From a virus: a stretch of DNA of 64,000 bases. Below are positions 1-8,221 of the stretch, one piece after another; the first letter of the stretch is position 1; each line of letters opens with the position of its first letter. Both the position numbers and the translations under genes were made by a program. The DNA is taken from the IMG/VR virus record IMGVR_UViG_3300037851_001030, positions 1 through 64,000 of that record; one strand, written 5' to 3'. The notes under the pieces are model-generated. The model worked only from the letters and a program-made list of their open reading frames with translations. It did not search any database and was not told the origin of the DNA.

Positions 1-1941
1 GGCGCGCGCCACGAGCGGTCCCGGGGTCGCGATCGACGCCCGGTGCAGGCGCAGGCGGATCCTAACAACCTGAACCGCGTCGCCAAGGCGCTTGGTCAGG
101 TTCGCGACCGTCAGCGAGTCCCAGCGGTCGGCCGGGTACATGGCGGGCGTCTGGAAATCCCAGGCGATGTTGGAGCCCTCCTCGTCCCACTGAGTGAAGC
201 TCACGGTCTCGGCGTCCCCACCCCCGATTTCGACCGTCGCGACCGCCATGCCGTCGAGCACCCCGTCCTCGAGCGCGAGCACCAGAGGACCAGCGCTCTT
301 GACCTCGGCCCGACGGATACCATTCAACGCCAGGCCGGGTAGCGTGCAGTCGACCATCGCCTGGGTCGTGCCCCACTTTAGGTAGCCACCCGGGATCCCG
401 GTCTGGAAGCAGTTGTGAACCAGTAGGCCCTCGACCACGTACGTGGGATCGTTTTCGACTTCGAGGTTGTAGACCTGGCCGGAGTACACCGTATGCGACC
501 GGGAAGCACGACGCACTCGAGACAACAGTGCCTCGCTCTTAAACGGCCAGCGACCCTTACGGGTACCTTTGTAGGCATCTCCCCTCTCCCAGCTAACAAC
601 GTAGGCTGGAAGACGCGAATTTACATTCGGGGTGAGAGCCTTGGCTTGCACACTGCGCAGAAGGGGCTGGTACCCTAGTCGATGTAGAATCTCCCCTATC
701 TGCAAGGCCAGAACTTTAGATGTCTGGGTGACCGTATTTTCTCCGCCGTTGTCACCGGCATAGATCCCCGACAGCAGAGCCCATGCCTTTGCTCTCGGCA
801 GTCTCATCCAATCTTCCGGGATACGCTTCTCGTGGCAGTGGGCGCCCAGGAAGTTTGGTAGCCACTGTGCGAGCGTGGTTCCGTACACGTTCACGTCCAA
901 GCCGTGGCTGCCTGGCCGCTGCGACACCGAAGTATTGTAACCGTATCTCTGGAAGAATGCGCGCACGCGATATTGGAGGTCAACTTCGTCCTCATGCAGG
1001 GAGAACGTTACCTGCCGCTTGCCAGCGCTGCCCTCGGCCAGGTACAGACCCATGACCCAGAAGAAATCCTCGTCTGCCTGGAACACGATACTGCCTTGGC
1101 GCTTTCCACGTTCGCGTTTGTCAGTGAACTGACGTGGAACTGTGATCTGCTCAAGATCCTGGTCTGGCCGGCGGTCCCATACTGGAACAAGCCAGTCGTC
1201 CTCGTGAATCGATTCTGCCGTTCGCCAACCAAGCGTGTGCTGTGGAAGGTAATGACTATCGAGATACTCCTTTGCGGCAGCCTGCGCAGCGGCCGCGGTG
1301 CTGTAGACTCCTAGGTGGAACCGACCCTGTTTTGGTGGCATCCCTGGAGCCGTAACCCGCATCTGCCAGCGGTCCCTACCCCGTCTGCTGGGCTTCGATG
1401 GCTTGGGCACACCGTCCCCGCGAGCGATGATGCGGTCACAGGTCTTCGGACCGCAAGGTTCCTGCCGGTGGCGAACGCTTATCAATCCGTAGAATGGGTG
1501 CTCAGGCGTGACCCACAACGGTCCGGGCGAAACGGTCGAGGTGACCGTACGCAGGTGACCGGTGTACGGCCGCGAGTGAACGGATTTAACCTTGTTGTAA
1601 TCGCCCTTCGACGTCATTACAAAGTCGCCCACGACCACGTCCTGGATCGGGACCCAGCCCCGTGTTGTTCGTACCAGAGTATCTGGCATGAAACAGACGG
1701 GGCACGCCATGTAGGGCGTGGCTCCGAGCGCGTGGCAGGAGCACCGGCGTCCGCTCGCGATCCGCTGGTAGAACCAGACGTCGCACCACTCGACGGTGTG
1801 ACTGGTCTTGGCTCGCTCTTCTATCGCCGGATACGTCTGGGTCGCGTGGAGATCCGAAAGCCAGAAGTGCGGTTGCCGAAACACATCGCTGCCATCGAAC
1901 CGACGCGTTGGTTCCTTGTTGCGGTAGCTTCGTCCGGACAT
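1..1941 (-). CDS. Edge-truncated CDS (first 647 codons; the C-terminus lies left of the window): zinc-ribbon (CxC...CxxC) phage protein interrupted by an intein
   Basis: Absent from the ORF track because no stop codon falls inside the window. Manual minus-strand translation from ATG 1941..1939 (MSGRSYRNKEPTRRFDGSDVFRQPHFW...) is stop-free down to position 1. Third positions are GC-rich. A GGGGTGAG run lies about 9 nt upstream of the ATG. Confidence 0.85.
   Translation of the reverse strand, partial: MSGRSYRNKEPTRRFDGSDVFRQPHFWLSDLHATQTYPAIEERAKTSHTVEWCDVWFYQRIASGRRCSCHALGATPYMACPVCFMPDTLVRTTRGWVPIQDVVVGDFVMTSKGDYNKVKSVHSRPYTGHLRTVTSTVSPGPLWVTPEHPFYGLISVRHRQEPCGPKTCDRIIARGDGVPKPSKPSRRGRDRWQMRVTAPGMPPKQGRFHLGVYSTAAAAQAAAKEYLDSHYLPQHTLGWRTAESIHEDDWLVPVWDRRPDQDLEQITVPRQFTDKRERGKRQGSIVFQADEDFFWVMGLYLAEGSAGKRQVTFSLHEDEVDLQYRVRAFFQRYGYNTSVSQRPGSHGLDVNVYGTTLAQWLPNFLGAHCHEKRIPEDWMRLPRAKAWALLSGIYAGDNGGENTVTQTSKVLALQIGEILHRLGYQPLLRSVQAKALTPNVNSRLPAYVVSWERGDAYKGTRKGRWPFKSEALLSRVRRASRSHTVYSGQVYNLEVENDPTYVVEGLLVHNCFQTGIPGGYLKWGTTQAMVDCTLPGLALNGIRRAEVKSAGPLVLALEDGVLDGMAVATVEIGGGDAETVSFTQWDEEGSNIAWDFQTPAMYPADRWDSLTVANLTKRLGDAVQVVRIRLRLHRASIATPGPLVARA
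412..1695 (-). mobile_element. Intein (428 codons) with LAGLIDADG homing-endonuclease core
   Basis: N-junction ACPV|CFMPDTLVRTTRGWVPIQDV (Cys1, block A-like). C-junction VYNLEVENDPTYVVEGLLVHN|CFQ (His-Asn then Cys+1). Two LAGLIDADG-type motifs: FFWVMGLYLAEGS and ALLSGIYAGDNG. Confidence 0.8.
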
Positions 1942-1943
1942 AC

Positions 1944-1972
1944 CCAAAACTCACCCCGACGGCTAGTTTTGG
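1944..1972. repeat. 8-bp perfect inverted repeat (CCAAAACT / AGTTTTGG, 13-nt spacer) filling the 33-bp gap between two divergent start codons
   Basis: Read directly: cat-ACCCAAAACT-caccccgacggct-AGTTTTGGT-catg. The symmetry extends to 10 of 12 positions including both ATGs. Confidence 0.7.
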
Positions 1973-1974
1973 TC

Positions 1975-3111
1975 ATGCCGACGTACACACGCGAAAGCAC
2001 GGTGGCTTTCGAACACCAGTTCGTGGACCTTCACGGCGATCCAATCCCACCGGTCGACGTTACGTATCCGCAGGTACAGATCGAGAACCCAGGCGGAGCA
2101 ATCGTGGCGTCCGGTATCGCGGTGGCCATGACGCCCGGGACCTGGCAGTGGAGCTGGACGATCCCAGCGGGCGCCACGCTCGGTGACGGCTGGCGCATCC
2201 GCTGGTCGCTCGTGGACCCAAGTCTGTCCACGCATGAGGCGGTAGAAGCGTTCGCGATCGCGGACCAGGTCCGGAGCCCTACGGGACTCGACCGCCTTGG
2301 AGCTTATCTCTGTGTACTTGGACAGAGCGAGCGGATCGTGTGGAAGGACGACTCCGACCCAGAGTACCTGGACCTCACGCTTCGGTCCCGAAGCGAGACG
2401 ATCGGCACCTGGAACAAGACCTTGCTAGTGCCGCCCGTGCCGTTGCTGTCCTACGTCTACGATCAGGGTCTCCACGTCTACTACGCCGATACGCCGGCCA
2501 TGACGACGTGGGGCGACTACCTGGCCCTCTGGAGGTCGCGGCCGAACGCGGCGAGCGCGTACGTGACCGAGACCCAGATGGTGCACGTTCCGCACGACTC
2601 GTTCTTCTTCTACGTGCCGTACCTACGCCAGCTCCTCGACAAGCTCGGCAAGGTCACGACGACGCCTCTCAGCTACCTCGACCTCGAGCTGTACCAGGCG
2701 TTCACACGCGGCCTCGAGTTCGTGAACGGCCAGGTGCCCTTCACGACCTGGACCTGGACCACGTTCCCGGAGAGTTTCGTGACCTGGTGGGTGTTCGCCG
2801 CCGGCATCTACGCGCTGGAAGCTCGTCAGCTCCTAGAGATCGAGCTTCAGCACAGCGCACAAGCCCTCAGTGTGACGCTCGAGTACGACCACCACAGCCC
2901 ACTATCCGAAGTGATACAGAGGTACACCACCCTGCTCCAGGAGTGGTTACCCAAAGCCAAGCTCGGAGCCTACCGCATGGCGGCTGGGCCTGGATCGGTG
3001 GGCGTACGACCGCTACGCCTGAGCTGGACGAGCCGAGTATTCAAGATCGGGAGTTCCAATAACCCGCTCGGAGATCTCGCCAACCTGATGTCCGCCTTGG
3101 GTTTACCGTAA
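1975..3111 (+). CDS. Hypothetical phage protein (378 aa), probably structural
   Basis: In-frame ATG at 1975 inside track ORF 1315..3111. Upstream of it the opposite strand is the real gene. From MPTYTRESTVAFEHQF the composition looks like a real protein. Confidence 0.75.
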   Translation: MPTYTRESTVAFEHQFVDLHGDPIPPVDVTYPQVQIENPGGAIVASGIAVAMTPGTWQWSWTIPAGATLGDGWRIRWSLVDPSLSTHEAVEAFAIADQVRSPTGLDRLGAYLCVLGQSERIVWKDDSDPEYLDLTLRSRSETIGTWNKTLLVPPVPLLSYVYDQGLHVYYADTPAMTTWGDYLALWRSRPNAASAYVTETQMVHVPHDSFFFYVPYLRQLLDKLGKVTTTPLSYLDLELYQAFTRGLEFVNGQVPFTTWTWTTFPESFVTWWVFAAGIYALEARQLLEIELQHSAQALSVTLEYDHHSPLSEVIQRYTTLLQEWLPKAKLGAYRMAAGPGSVGVRPLRLSWTSRVFKIGSSNNPLGDLANLMSALGLP

Positions 3112-3154
3112 CGATATCACATAGTTAGTTTCTAAGGTATCTATTATTGACTCC

Positions 3155-3437
3155 ATGGCCGCCTTGACCTACCCGCGGGTTCGCGGCCAACGCCGACTTC
3201 GTCGACTATTGCCACCAAAAGGTTATCCACGTCGACGGCGACTACTGGCACGGACTTGCTAACCCTGCGCGGCAGCGATACGATCGCGCCATCGACCGCT
3301 GGTGCTTCGATCACGGCTGGTCGTACGTGCGCCTGTGGGAGTCGCACATCTATTCGGACCCGGATCTGTGCTGGGCCCTGGTCTGTCGGATGCTTCGCAG
3401 CCCTACCTGGCTTGGCTTGCGATCGGATGGGTCTTGA
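3155..3437 (+). pseudogene. Start-less or frameshifted remnant of a Vsr/DUF559-like PD-(D/E)XK endonuclease
   Basis: The frame opening after TGA 3165..3167 reads ...ANADFVDYCHQKVIHVDGDYWHGLANPARQRYDRAIDRWCFDHGWSYVRLWESHIYSDPDL... to TGA 3435..3437. There is no ATG/GTG/TTG in that frame before codon 54. The only nearby ATG (3155) is in the adjacent frame. Confidence 0.45.
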
Positions 3438-3440
3438 AAT

Positions 3441-3818
3441 CTACAGCGGTTCGATCACGTTGACCGCGACTCGGTTCTCGGCGAATTGCTCTAGGTGAAT
3501 GTGGCACTCCTCGAGTTTCCGTGCAAAGCCCACGGCCACCAGCACCATCTCCACAGCCGCGGGTGACGGTGCTCGTCCTGGGTCCGGAGACGACATAGAC
3601 AGGTGCCGGTACCACCCCGTTGGGTGCTCCTCGACGCTAAGCGCAACCCGCCAGCCAAGGGGCAGATCCACGAACTGATCGAGGGGCACGGGGCTTCCCT
3701 TCCACGAGGGGTTGGAGCCTTGAGCGTACGCCTTTATCGTAGCGAGCGGGATCCTACGCTCGGGGCTTTCGGCTAGCGCCATCAGCTTGCGCAAGCTCGA
3801 CTCTATCTCCGGAGACAT
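3441..3818 (-). CDS. Hypothetical protein (125 aa)
   Basis: Internal ATG 3818 of track ORF 3441..4265 (MSPEIESSLRKLMALAE...). The upstream part of that ORF is Arg/Pro-rich off-frame read-through. Confidence 0.65.
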   Translation of the reverse strand: MSPEIESSLRKLMALAESPERRIPLATIKAYAQGSNPSWKGSPVPLDQFVDLPLGWRVALSVEEHPTGWYRHLSMSSPDPGRAPSPAAVEMVLVAVGFARKLEECHIHLEQFAENRVAVNVIEPL

Positions 3819-3829
3819 TATGAATGCCC

Positions 3830-4225
3830 TCACGTTGGGCGCCTCCTTCTCCGCCGCTTCCGCTGGATCGGTAGCGGCGGCGGCCTCGGTACCGGCTTCA
3901 TGTCGGCATGCGTAATGGTTGACGCCGGCCGTCCATGAGGCATCGACGTCCAGCAGGCTGCGCACACGAGGCGCAGGGCCTTGGTCCACGGGTACCGCTT
4001 CATGGTCCGCCAGTGGTATGGATTCCGACACAGCATGCAGCGGTAGAGCGCGGTCCGAACGCAGCGGTCCAGCGTCGTGCTGTAGCGATGCCCACAATCT
4101 AGCAAAAGCGATACATGAGTTCCCGAGACCTCTAAGACCGTGGCAAACGCCCCAGACCGCGCGCACGCGAACGAGCGGTCGGACGCCGTAAGGCGCACGC
4201 GGTCTCGGGGACGAATCGGGCGCAC
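3830..4225 (-). CDS. Hypothetical Cys-rich protein; start uncertain
   Basis: GC-rich third positions across ...RVRLTASDRSFACARSGAFATVLEVSGTHVSLLLDCGHRYSTTLDRCVRTALYRCMLCRNPYHW.... A candidate GTG at 4225 lies 2 nt after the TGA of the upstream gene. Confidence 0.4.
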   Translation of the reverse strand: MRPIRPRDRVRLTASDRSFACARSGAFATVLEVSGTHVSLLLDCGHRYSTTLDRCVRTALYRCMLCRNPYHWRTMKRYPWTKALRLVCAACWTSMPHGRPASTITHADMKPVPRPPPLPIQRKRRRRRRPT

Positions 4226-4227
4226 GA

Positions 4228-4611
4228 TCAGGGCACGAACGCGGGGGTGCCCCTCTCGGGGGCACAGCGACCGCAACGGCCTCGGCCTACCGCGACGAGG
4301 CACCCGCAGCCGGGGCACTCGCGGACACCAGGGGGCAGACCCCGATGCTGAGCCGAATGCCACTCCTCCAGCTCAGACTGGGTCCAGCGGCTCTTGCCAG
4401 CGCTGAAGCTTGACGGTGCCGGCTCCTCTCGCTGCGCGTTCTTCTGTTCCCGGTGATAGCGCTCGATCGCCTCGAAGCAAGCATGACCGACACGTTCCGC
4501 GTTGTCTTTGGCCTGGATCCTTGCGTAGTCAGCAACGCCGTCCTGCTCGTAGTCGTCCGACAGCGCACGCACGAGCGCGATCGGCAGCGCCACCATCACG
4601 GTCTCTTCCAT
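4228..4611 (-). CDS. Hypothetical protein with C-terminal CxxCxC...CxxC zinc-ribbon-like motif
   Basis: ATG 4611 is preceded by AGGAGACCCC. Plausible composition (MEETVMVALPIALVRALSDDYEQDG...). Confidence 0.65.
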   Translation of the reverse strand: MEETVMVALPIALVRALSDDYEQDGVADYARIQAKDNAERVGHACFEAIERYHREQKNAQREEPAPSSFSAGKSRWTQSELEEWHSAQHRGLPPGVRECPGCGCLVAVGRGRCGRCAPERGTPAFVP

Positions 4612-4624
4612 GGGGTCTCCTGTG

Positions 4625-4921
4625 TCAGCGTTCCTGAACCAGCTCGAGTGTGAGACGCAGACGATGACGGTAGGCGATGGCGGTGAGCAACGTACGGAGA
4701 GCCTCGATGTTTCGCCCCTTCGCGCCGATGACCTTGCCCGTCTCCTCAGGCGCCACCTTCATGGTCAGGAGCACGGAACCATTCCCAGACGCCTGTATCC
4801 CGATGGCAACCTCCTCAGGTGCGTCTACCAAAGCCTCGACCGCAGAGCGTGCGAGGGCCACCAGCGTTGCGTTCGGCGGTGCTGTGCGAGTGAGCTTGAG
4901 CGGGGTAACAGTGGTCATCAT
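4625..4921 (-). CDS. KH-domain RNA-binding protein, KhpA/YlqC (UPF0109)-like (98 aa)
   Basis: LVDAPEEVAIGIQASGNGSVLLTMKVAPEETGKVIGAKGRNIEALRTLLTAIA matches the KhpA pattern (PEEV...VAPED.GKVIGK.GR...A.R). Start is the ATGATG at 4921. Confidence 0.8.
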   Translation of the reverse strand: MMTTVTPLKLTRTAPPNATLVALARSAVEALVDAPEEVAIGIQASGNGSVLLTMKVAPEETGKVIGAKGRNIEALRTLLTAIAYRHRLRLTLELVQER

Positions 4922-4962
4922 GAACCGAGTGTAGAGGACGACGCCGTGCGCTGTCAAGCGTG

Positions 4963-5889
4963 CTAGAGGACGAGCCCGTTGTGAACGATCGTCACGCCGT
5001 CGGACAGGTGCCCGTTGTGAAGCACGAGCTTCTGACGGCTGTCCATACGGGAGAGCGACGCCAGGTTGGCGCAGGACCACACGAGGCGCAGGTAGCCGAC
5101 GAACGAGTTCGAGTTCACGATCTCGAGGGGCCGGTACGTGTACTCGCCAGAGAACATGGACGGCTGGTAGGTCGTTGCCATCCAGCCGCTCGTGTGGATC
5201 ACAGCATTCTCTGCGACGTGCGGCACGGCCGCCGACAACACGTAGCTACCATCAGGCGTCGCAGAGAACGCGCCCCCGGCCGAGCGATCGAACCCACCGG
5301 TCAGCAGACAGCTTGGGTAGTCGATCCGGTCGCTATCTGGCTCGATACGGCCGAGGTAGGCGCCTCCGTCGTAGTTCGTGTTGCCCGTGTGCGCGATCGC
5401 GACGAGGACCGTATCACGGTCGCTATGCACGTGGAGCACGCCATTCGGAGCCGCCGTGTGGTTGCCGCTGCCGAGGAGGAAGTTCGCGCTCGCGACCGTC
5501 GGGGCTGCCACGAAGCCACCATTAGCTCCGCCCTTCAGCGTCCAGCCCCCGCCCGGGGAGAAGCTGGCCACCAGCCGGTAGGTTCCTCCGGGTGCTTCGT
5601 CTAGCGCCACGACGTTGGTCGCCTGGAACTTGCACTGCCACCGTTGGCGACCCTTGAGCGCCTCGACCACGAACCAGGAGTTGTCAACGACGTTGCCGAT
5701 CGTGGACCAGGACCCGACGGCCGGTGAGCAGTCGACGAGGCGCCAGCGTCCGGAGTCGACCGCGTTCGCGGTCGTGAAGAACGCGTGGAAGAGCCGGTAG
5801 AGGGCCGACAGCCATTGCTGACCGGCAGCGGAGCCCGCGTTGTTGAGCACTCCACTCTGGCTGAACGTTATGGCGCTGGAGTTCGGCAT
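4963..5889 (-). CDS. Hypothetical structural (fibre-associated) protein, 308 aa
   Basis: Full track ORF. The ATG overlaps the stop of the upstream fibre gene (TGATG). Gly/Ser/Thr/Asn-rich beta-type composition. Confidence 0.75.
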   Translation of the reverse strand: MPNSSAITFSQSGVLNNAGSAAGQQWLSALYRLFHAFFTTANAVDSGRWRLVDCSPAVGSWSTIGNVVDNSWFVVEALKGRQRWQCKFQATNVVALDEAPGGTYRLVASFSPGGGWTLKGGANGGFVAAPTVASANFLLGSGNHTAAPNGVLHVHSDRDTVLVAIAHTGNTNYDGGAYLGRIEPDSDRIDYPSCLLTGGFDRSAGGAFSATPDGSYVLSAAVPHVAENAVIHTSGWMATTYQPSMFSGEYTYRPLEIVNSNSFVGYLRLVWSCANLASLSRMDSRQKLVLHNGHLSDGVTIVHNGLVL

Positions 5890-7994
5890 CAGGGCGTGAC
5901 CGCGGGTCCCGTGAACTGGTTGACGGTCAGGATCTCGGCTTCGATGTAGACGCCGTAGACCTTGTCACCGATCCCGGACGTACGCGGTCGGAAACCGATC
6001 CGAAGCATGTCGACGTAGCTGCCTACGGTGGCTTTTCCGTGCGTCCAGCCCATGCGGTCCGTAGACATCGTGTCAAGACGCCGCTCGGCCGAGGCTGACC
6101 CGAACTCCAGGTACCCGAGAGCAGCGTTGAGCGTGGTGACCACGGGCGGATTCGCGTCCCATATGGTCTTTCTGATATGGTCCGCATACATGAGCATCCG
6201 GTTCGCACCCGTGGCCTCACCGGCGGCCGCTTCCCAGTCCACGTTCACCCCGATGATAACACAGCCCTCGGGAAAGTACGAGGTCTGGAGCACGAGCGTG
6301 ATCTCAGTGCCAACGCCCGCGACGATCGTCTGGTAGAAGAAGTTGGCAGCGGGCGTGCCCGGCCACTGGGTCTGCCAGTAGGTTGGGTGCGGAGAGAACG
6401 TGAGGGGCAGCGCCCAGGTCACGGTCTTGACCGCAGTGTGACCAAAAGAGCTGCCCTCGACGCCCACACTGTTGTTCGACGTTCCCCGGACCCCAACAGC
6501 ATTCAGACCGTCGCCGTGCAAACCGGCGGCCCCCGCGTTCATGGACCGCCCGAAGATACCGATGGAACCCGAGTTGTTGCCCGCGTTCGTGACCGAGACC
6601 AGGTTCGTGGTCTCGCGGCCACTGATGTCGATGCAGGCAGCGCCGTTGTACCACTCGGGCCGAAGGACGATGTTTCCCTTCTCGAGCAAGTAGAACACCT
6701 CGGTCGTGTGACCAGGATCCAGGTAGAGGCCGCGAAGAACCTTGCTGGTGCCTCCCTGCAACCAGGCGATGGTCTTGCCGGCGTAGATCGACGGTGGCGC
6801 CGCGGACCCGAGGAACTCGAAGTCGCCGCTGTTGAGACCCAGATTGATGCCGAAGAGCGCGTTTACGTTTGACCCGATGATAGACCGCACGATGTAGATG
6901 TTCGCGGTCAGGCCGGGCTCGGCCACCATCGCGGGGATCACGCCCATGGGCCCCTTCACGCCCGCGGTCGTGGCGCCCGTCACGTCGAGCAGGAACACGC
7001 CGTTGTTCGATCCACTTGGGCTGCCGCTGATCTCGACGAGCACGAGCATGGCGCCCGTGACCGCGCCGTAGTTATAGGTGATCAGGCTGCACCCGACGCG
7101 CGTAAACGTGATCGGTCCCCCGGCACCAGCGGCCACGTCGATCGGCTCGTCTGCCTGGATATCGGTGCCGAAGACCAGGCGCTCGCGCACAAGGAGACCG
7201 CCGAGGTGGTTGAGTCCGTTCTTGACGATGTCGAGGCCGAGGGAGCCTGGTGCTGACGATCCTTCCTGGCGCACGCGCACGGCCGAATTGAAGATGTCCT
7301 CGACTCGGTCTGCGGTCACGTCCTGCACGACCTCGACCGCGCCACTATCCGCCGTGATAACGCGACCGGCCCCGCTACCGCCGTCGTCGTAGGCGCCGTC
7401 CAGCGTGGCCGCACCCTTCGCCGTGACCAGGGTCCAGGCGGATCCGTCCCACACGTAGAGCCCGTCGTTCGACTGCACGTGGTAGATGTCGCCCTCGCGC
7501 ACCGTCGAGTCCGTGGGCAGGTCTCCGGTCGTCGCGACCGTGCCCTTCCAGATGAGGCGACCCAGGGGCCCGCACTCGTCGCGCACGTCGTAGTGGATGT
7601 TGGCCGCCAGCACCTCAGTGGCACCGCCCGCGAGCTGGACGCGCCCGAGCACGATGAGGTAGTCCTTCTCCGCGTGCGCGGTGTAGGCCGACGCGCTCAT
7701 GACGACCTCGCTGAGCGTCGGGGTGCTCGGGTCGCCGAGAGCGTTGTACTTGGCCAGGATGCAGTGGTAGTTGTCGGTGCCGGGCGTGTACGTCAGCGTC
7801 TGGTACTGCGTGTCACGGACCGTGCACCCGTCCTGGCCCACGGCGCCGATGGGGGACCGCACGCACTGGAGCGTGCCGGCGATCGGCGTCAGGCGCCCAC
7901 CGTAGTAGATGCCGCGCTGCATGAGCCGCGACAGGCGCGCGTTCAAGGCCTCGGTCGCGTCACGGTGCTCGTACTGGAAGATCAGCTCTAGCAT
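5889..7994 (-). CDS. Tail-fibre-like protein, 701 aa
   Basis: ATG 7994 with GAGGCGGA upstream. Contains the GDIYHVQSNDGLYVWDGSAWTLV motif typical of phage fibre proteins. Long Gly/Ser/Asn-rich beta regions. Confidence 0.75.
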   Translation of the reverse strand: MLELIFQYEHRDATEALNARLSRLMQRGIYYGGRLTPIAGTLQCVRSPIGAVGQDGCTVRDTQYQTLTYTPGTDNYHCILAKYNALGDPSTPTLSEVVMSASAYTAHAEKDYLIVLGRVQLAGGATEVLAANIHYDVRDECGPLGRLIWKGTVATTGDLPTDSTVREGDIYHVQSNDGLYVWDGSAWTLVTAKGAATLDGAYDDGGSGAGRVITADSGAVEVVQDVTADRVEDIFNSAVRVRQEGSSAPGSLGLDIVKNGLNHLGGLLVRERLVFGTDIQADEPIDVAAGAGGPITFTRVGCSLITYNYGAVTGAMLVLVEISGSPSGSNNGVFLLDVTGATTAGVKGPMGVIPAMVAEPGLTANIYIVRSIIGSNVNALFGINLGLNSGDFEFLGSAAPPSIYAGKTIAWLQGGTSKVLRGLYLDPGHTTEVFYLLEKGNIVLRPEWYNGAACIDISGRETTNLVSVTNAGNNSGSIGIFGRSMNAGAAGLHGDGLNAVGVRGTSNNSVGVEGSSFGHTAVKTVTWALPLTFSPHPTYWQTQWPGTPAANFFYQTIVAGVGTEITLVLQTSYFPEGCVIIGVNVDWEAAAGEATGANRMLMYADHIRKTIWDANPPVVTTLNAALGYLEFGSASAERRLDTMSTDRMGWTHGKATVGSYVDMLRIGFRPRTSGIGDKVYGVYIEAEILTVNQFTGPAVTP

Positions 7995-8061
7995 GTCCGC
8001 CTCGGCTTAGTGTTCAGCGTGGTCTGTGGCCGCCAGATGTCGAACTCCCGAGGGCCGAGAA

Positions 8062-8090
8062 AGACTAGCCCGAGCGCGAGCGGCCGTCAA
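8062..8090 (-). promoter_or_regulatory. Candidate sigma70-type promoter upstream of the fibre operon
   Basis: Minus strand reads TTGACG (8090..8085), then a 17-nt spacer, then TAGTCT (8067..8062). It sits in the 227-nt non-coding gap 7995..8221. Confidence 0.3.
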
Positions 8091-8221
8091 TCCGGACAAC
8101 CATCGACAGGCCGGGAAGAAATCCGCGCGGACGCCCGATGGAAGGAGACCACCACGACCCGACCCACTACAACTTCCAGAGGCGACGGCGGAAAGAACGT
8201 TCTCGGTGAGGTTCCGGCCTC

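Noticed and set aside
1315-1974. N-terminal 220 codons of track ORF 1315..3111.
   Set aside because: The opposite strand here is the intein-containing gene, which has clear motifs. The plus-frame translation is Arg/Pro/Gly-rich junk until the ATG at 1975.
3441-4265. Full 274-aa track ORF, and likewise the long forms of 10996..11688, 14362..15033, 14937..15668 and 50811..52724.
   Set aside because: Their upstream portions overlap neighbouring genes and are Arg/Pro-rich. Internal ATGs with Shine-Dalgarno sites or stop-start coupling give the credible shorter genes listed.
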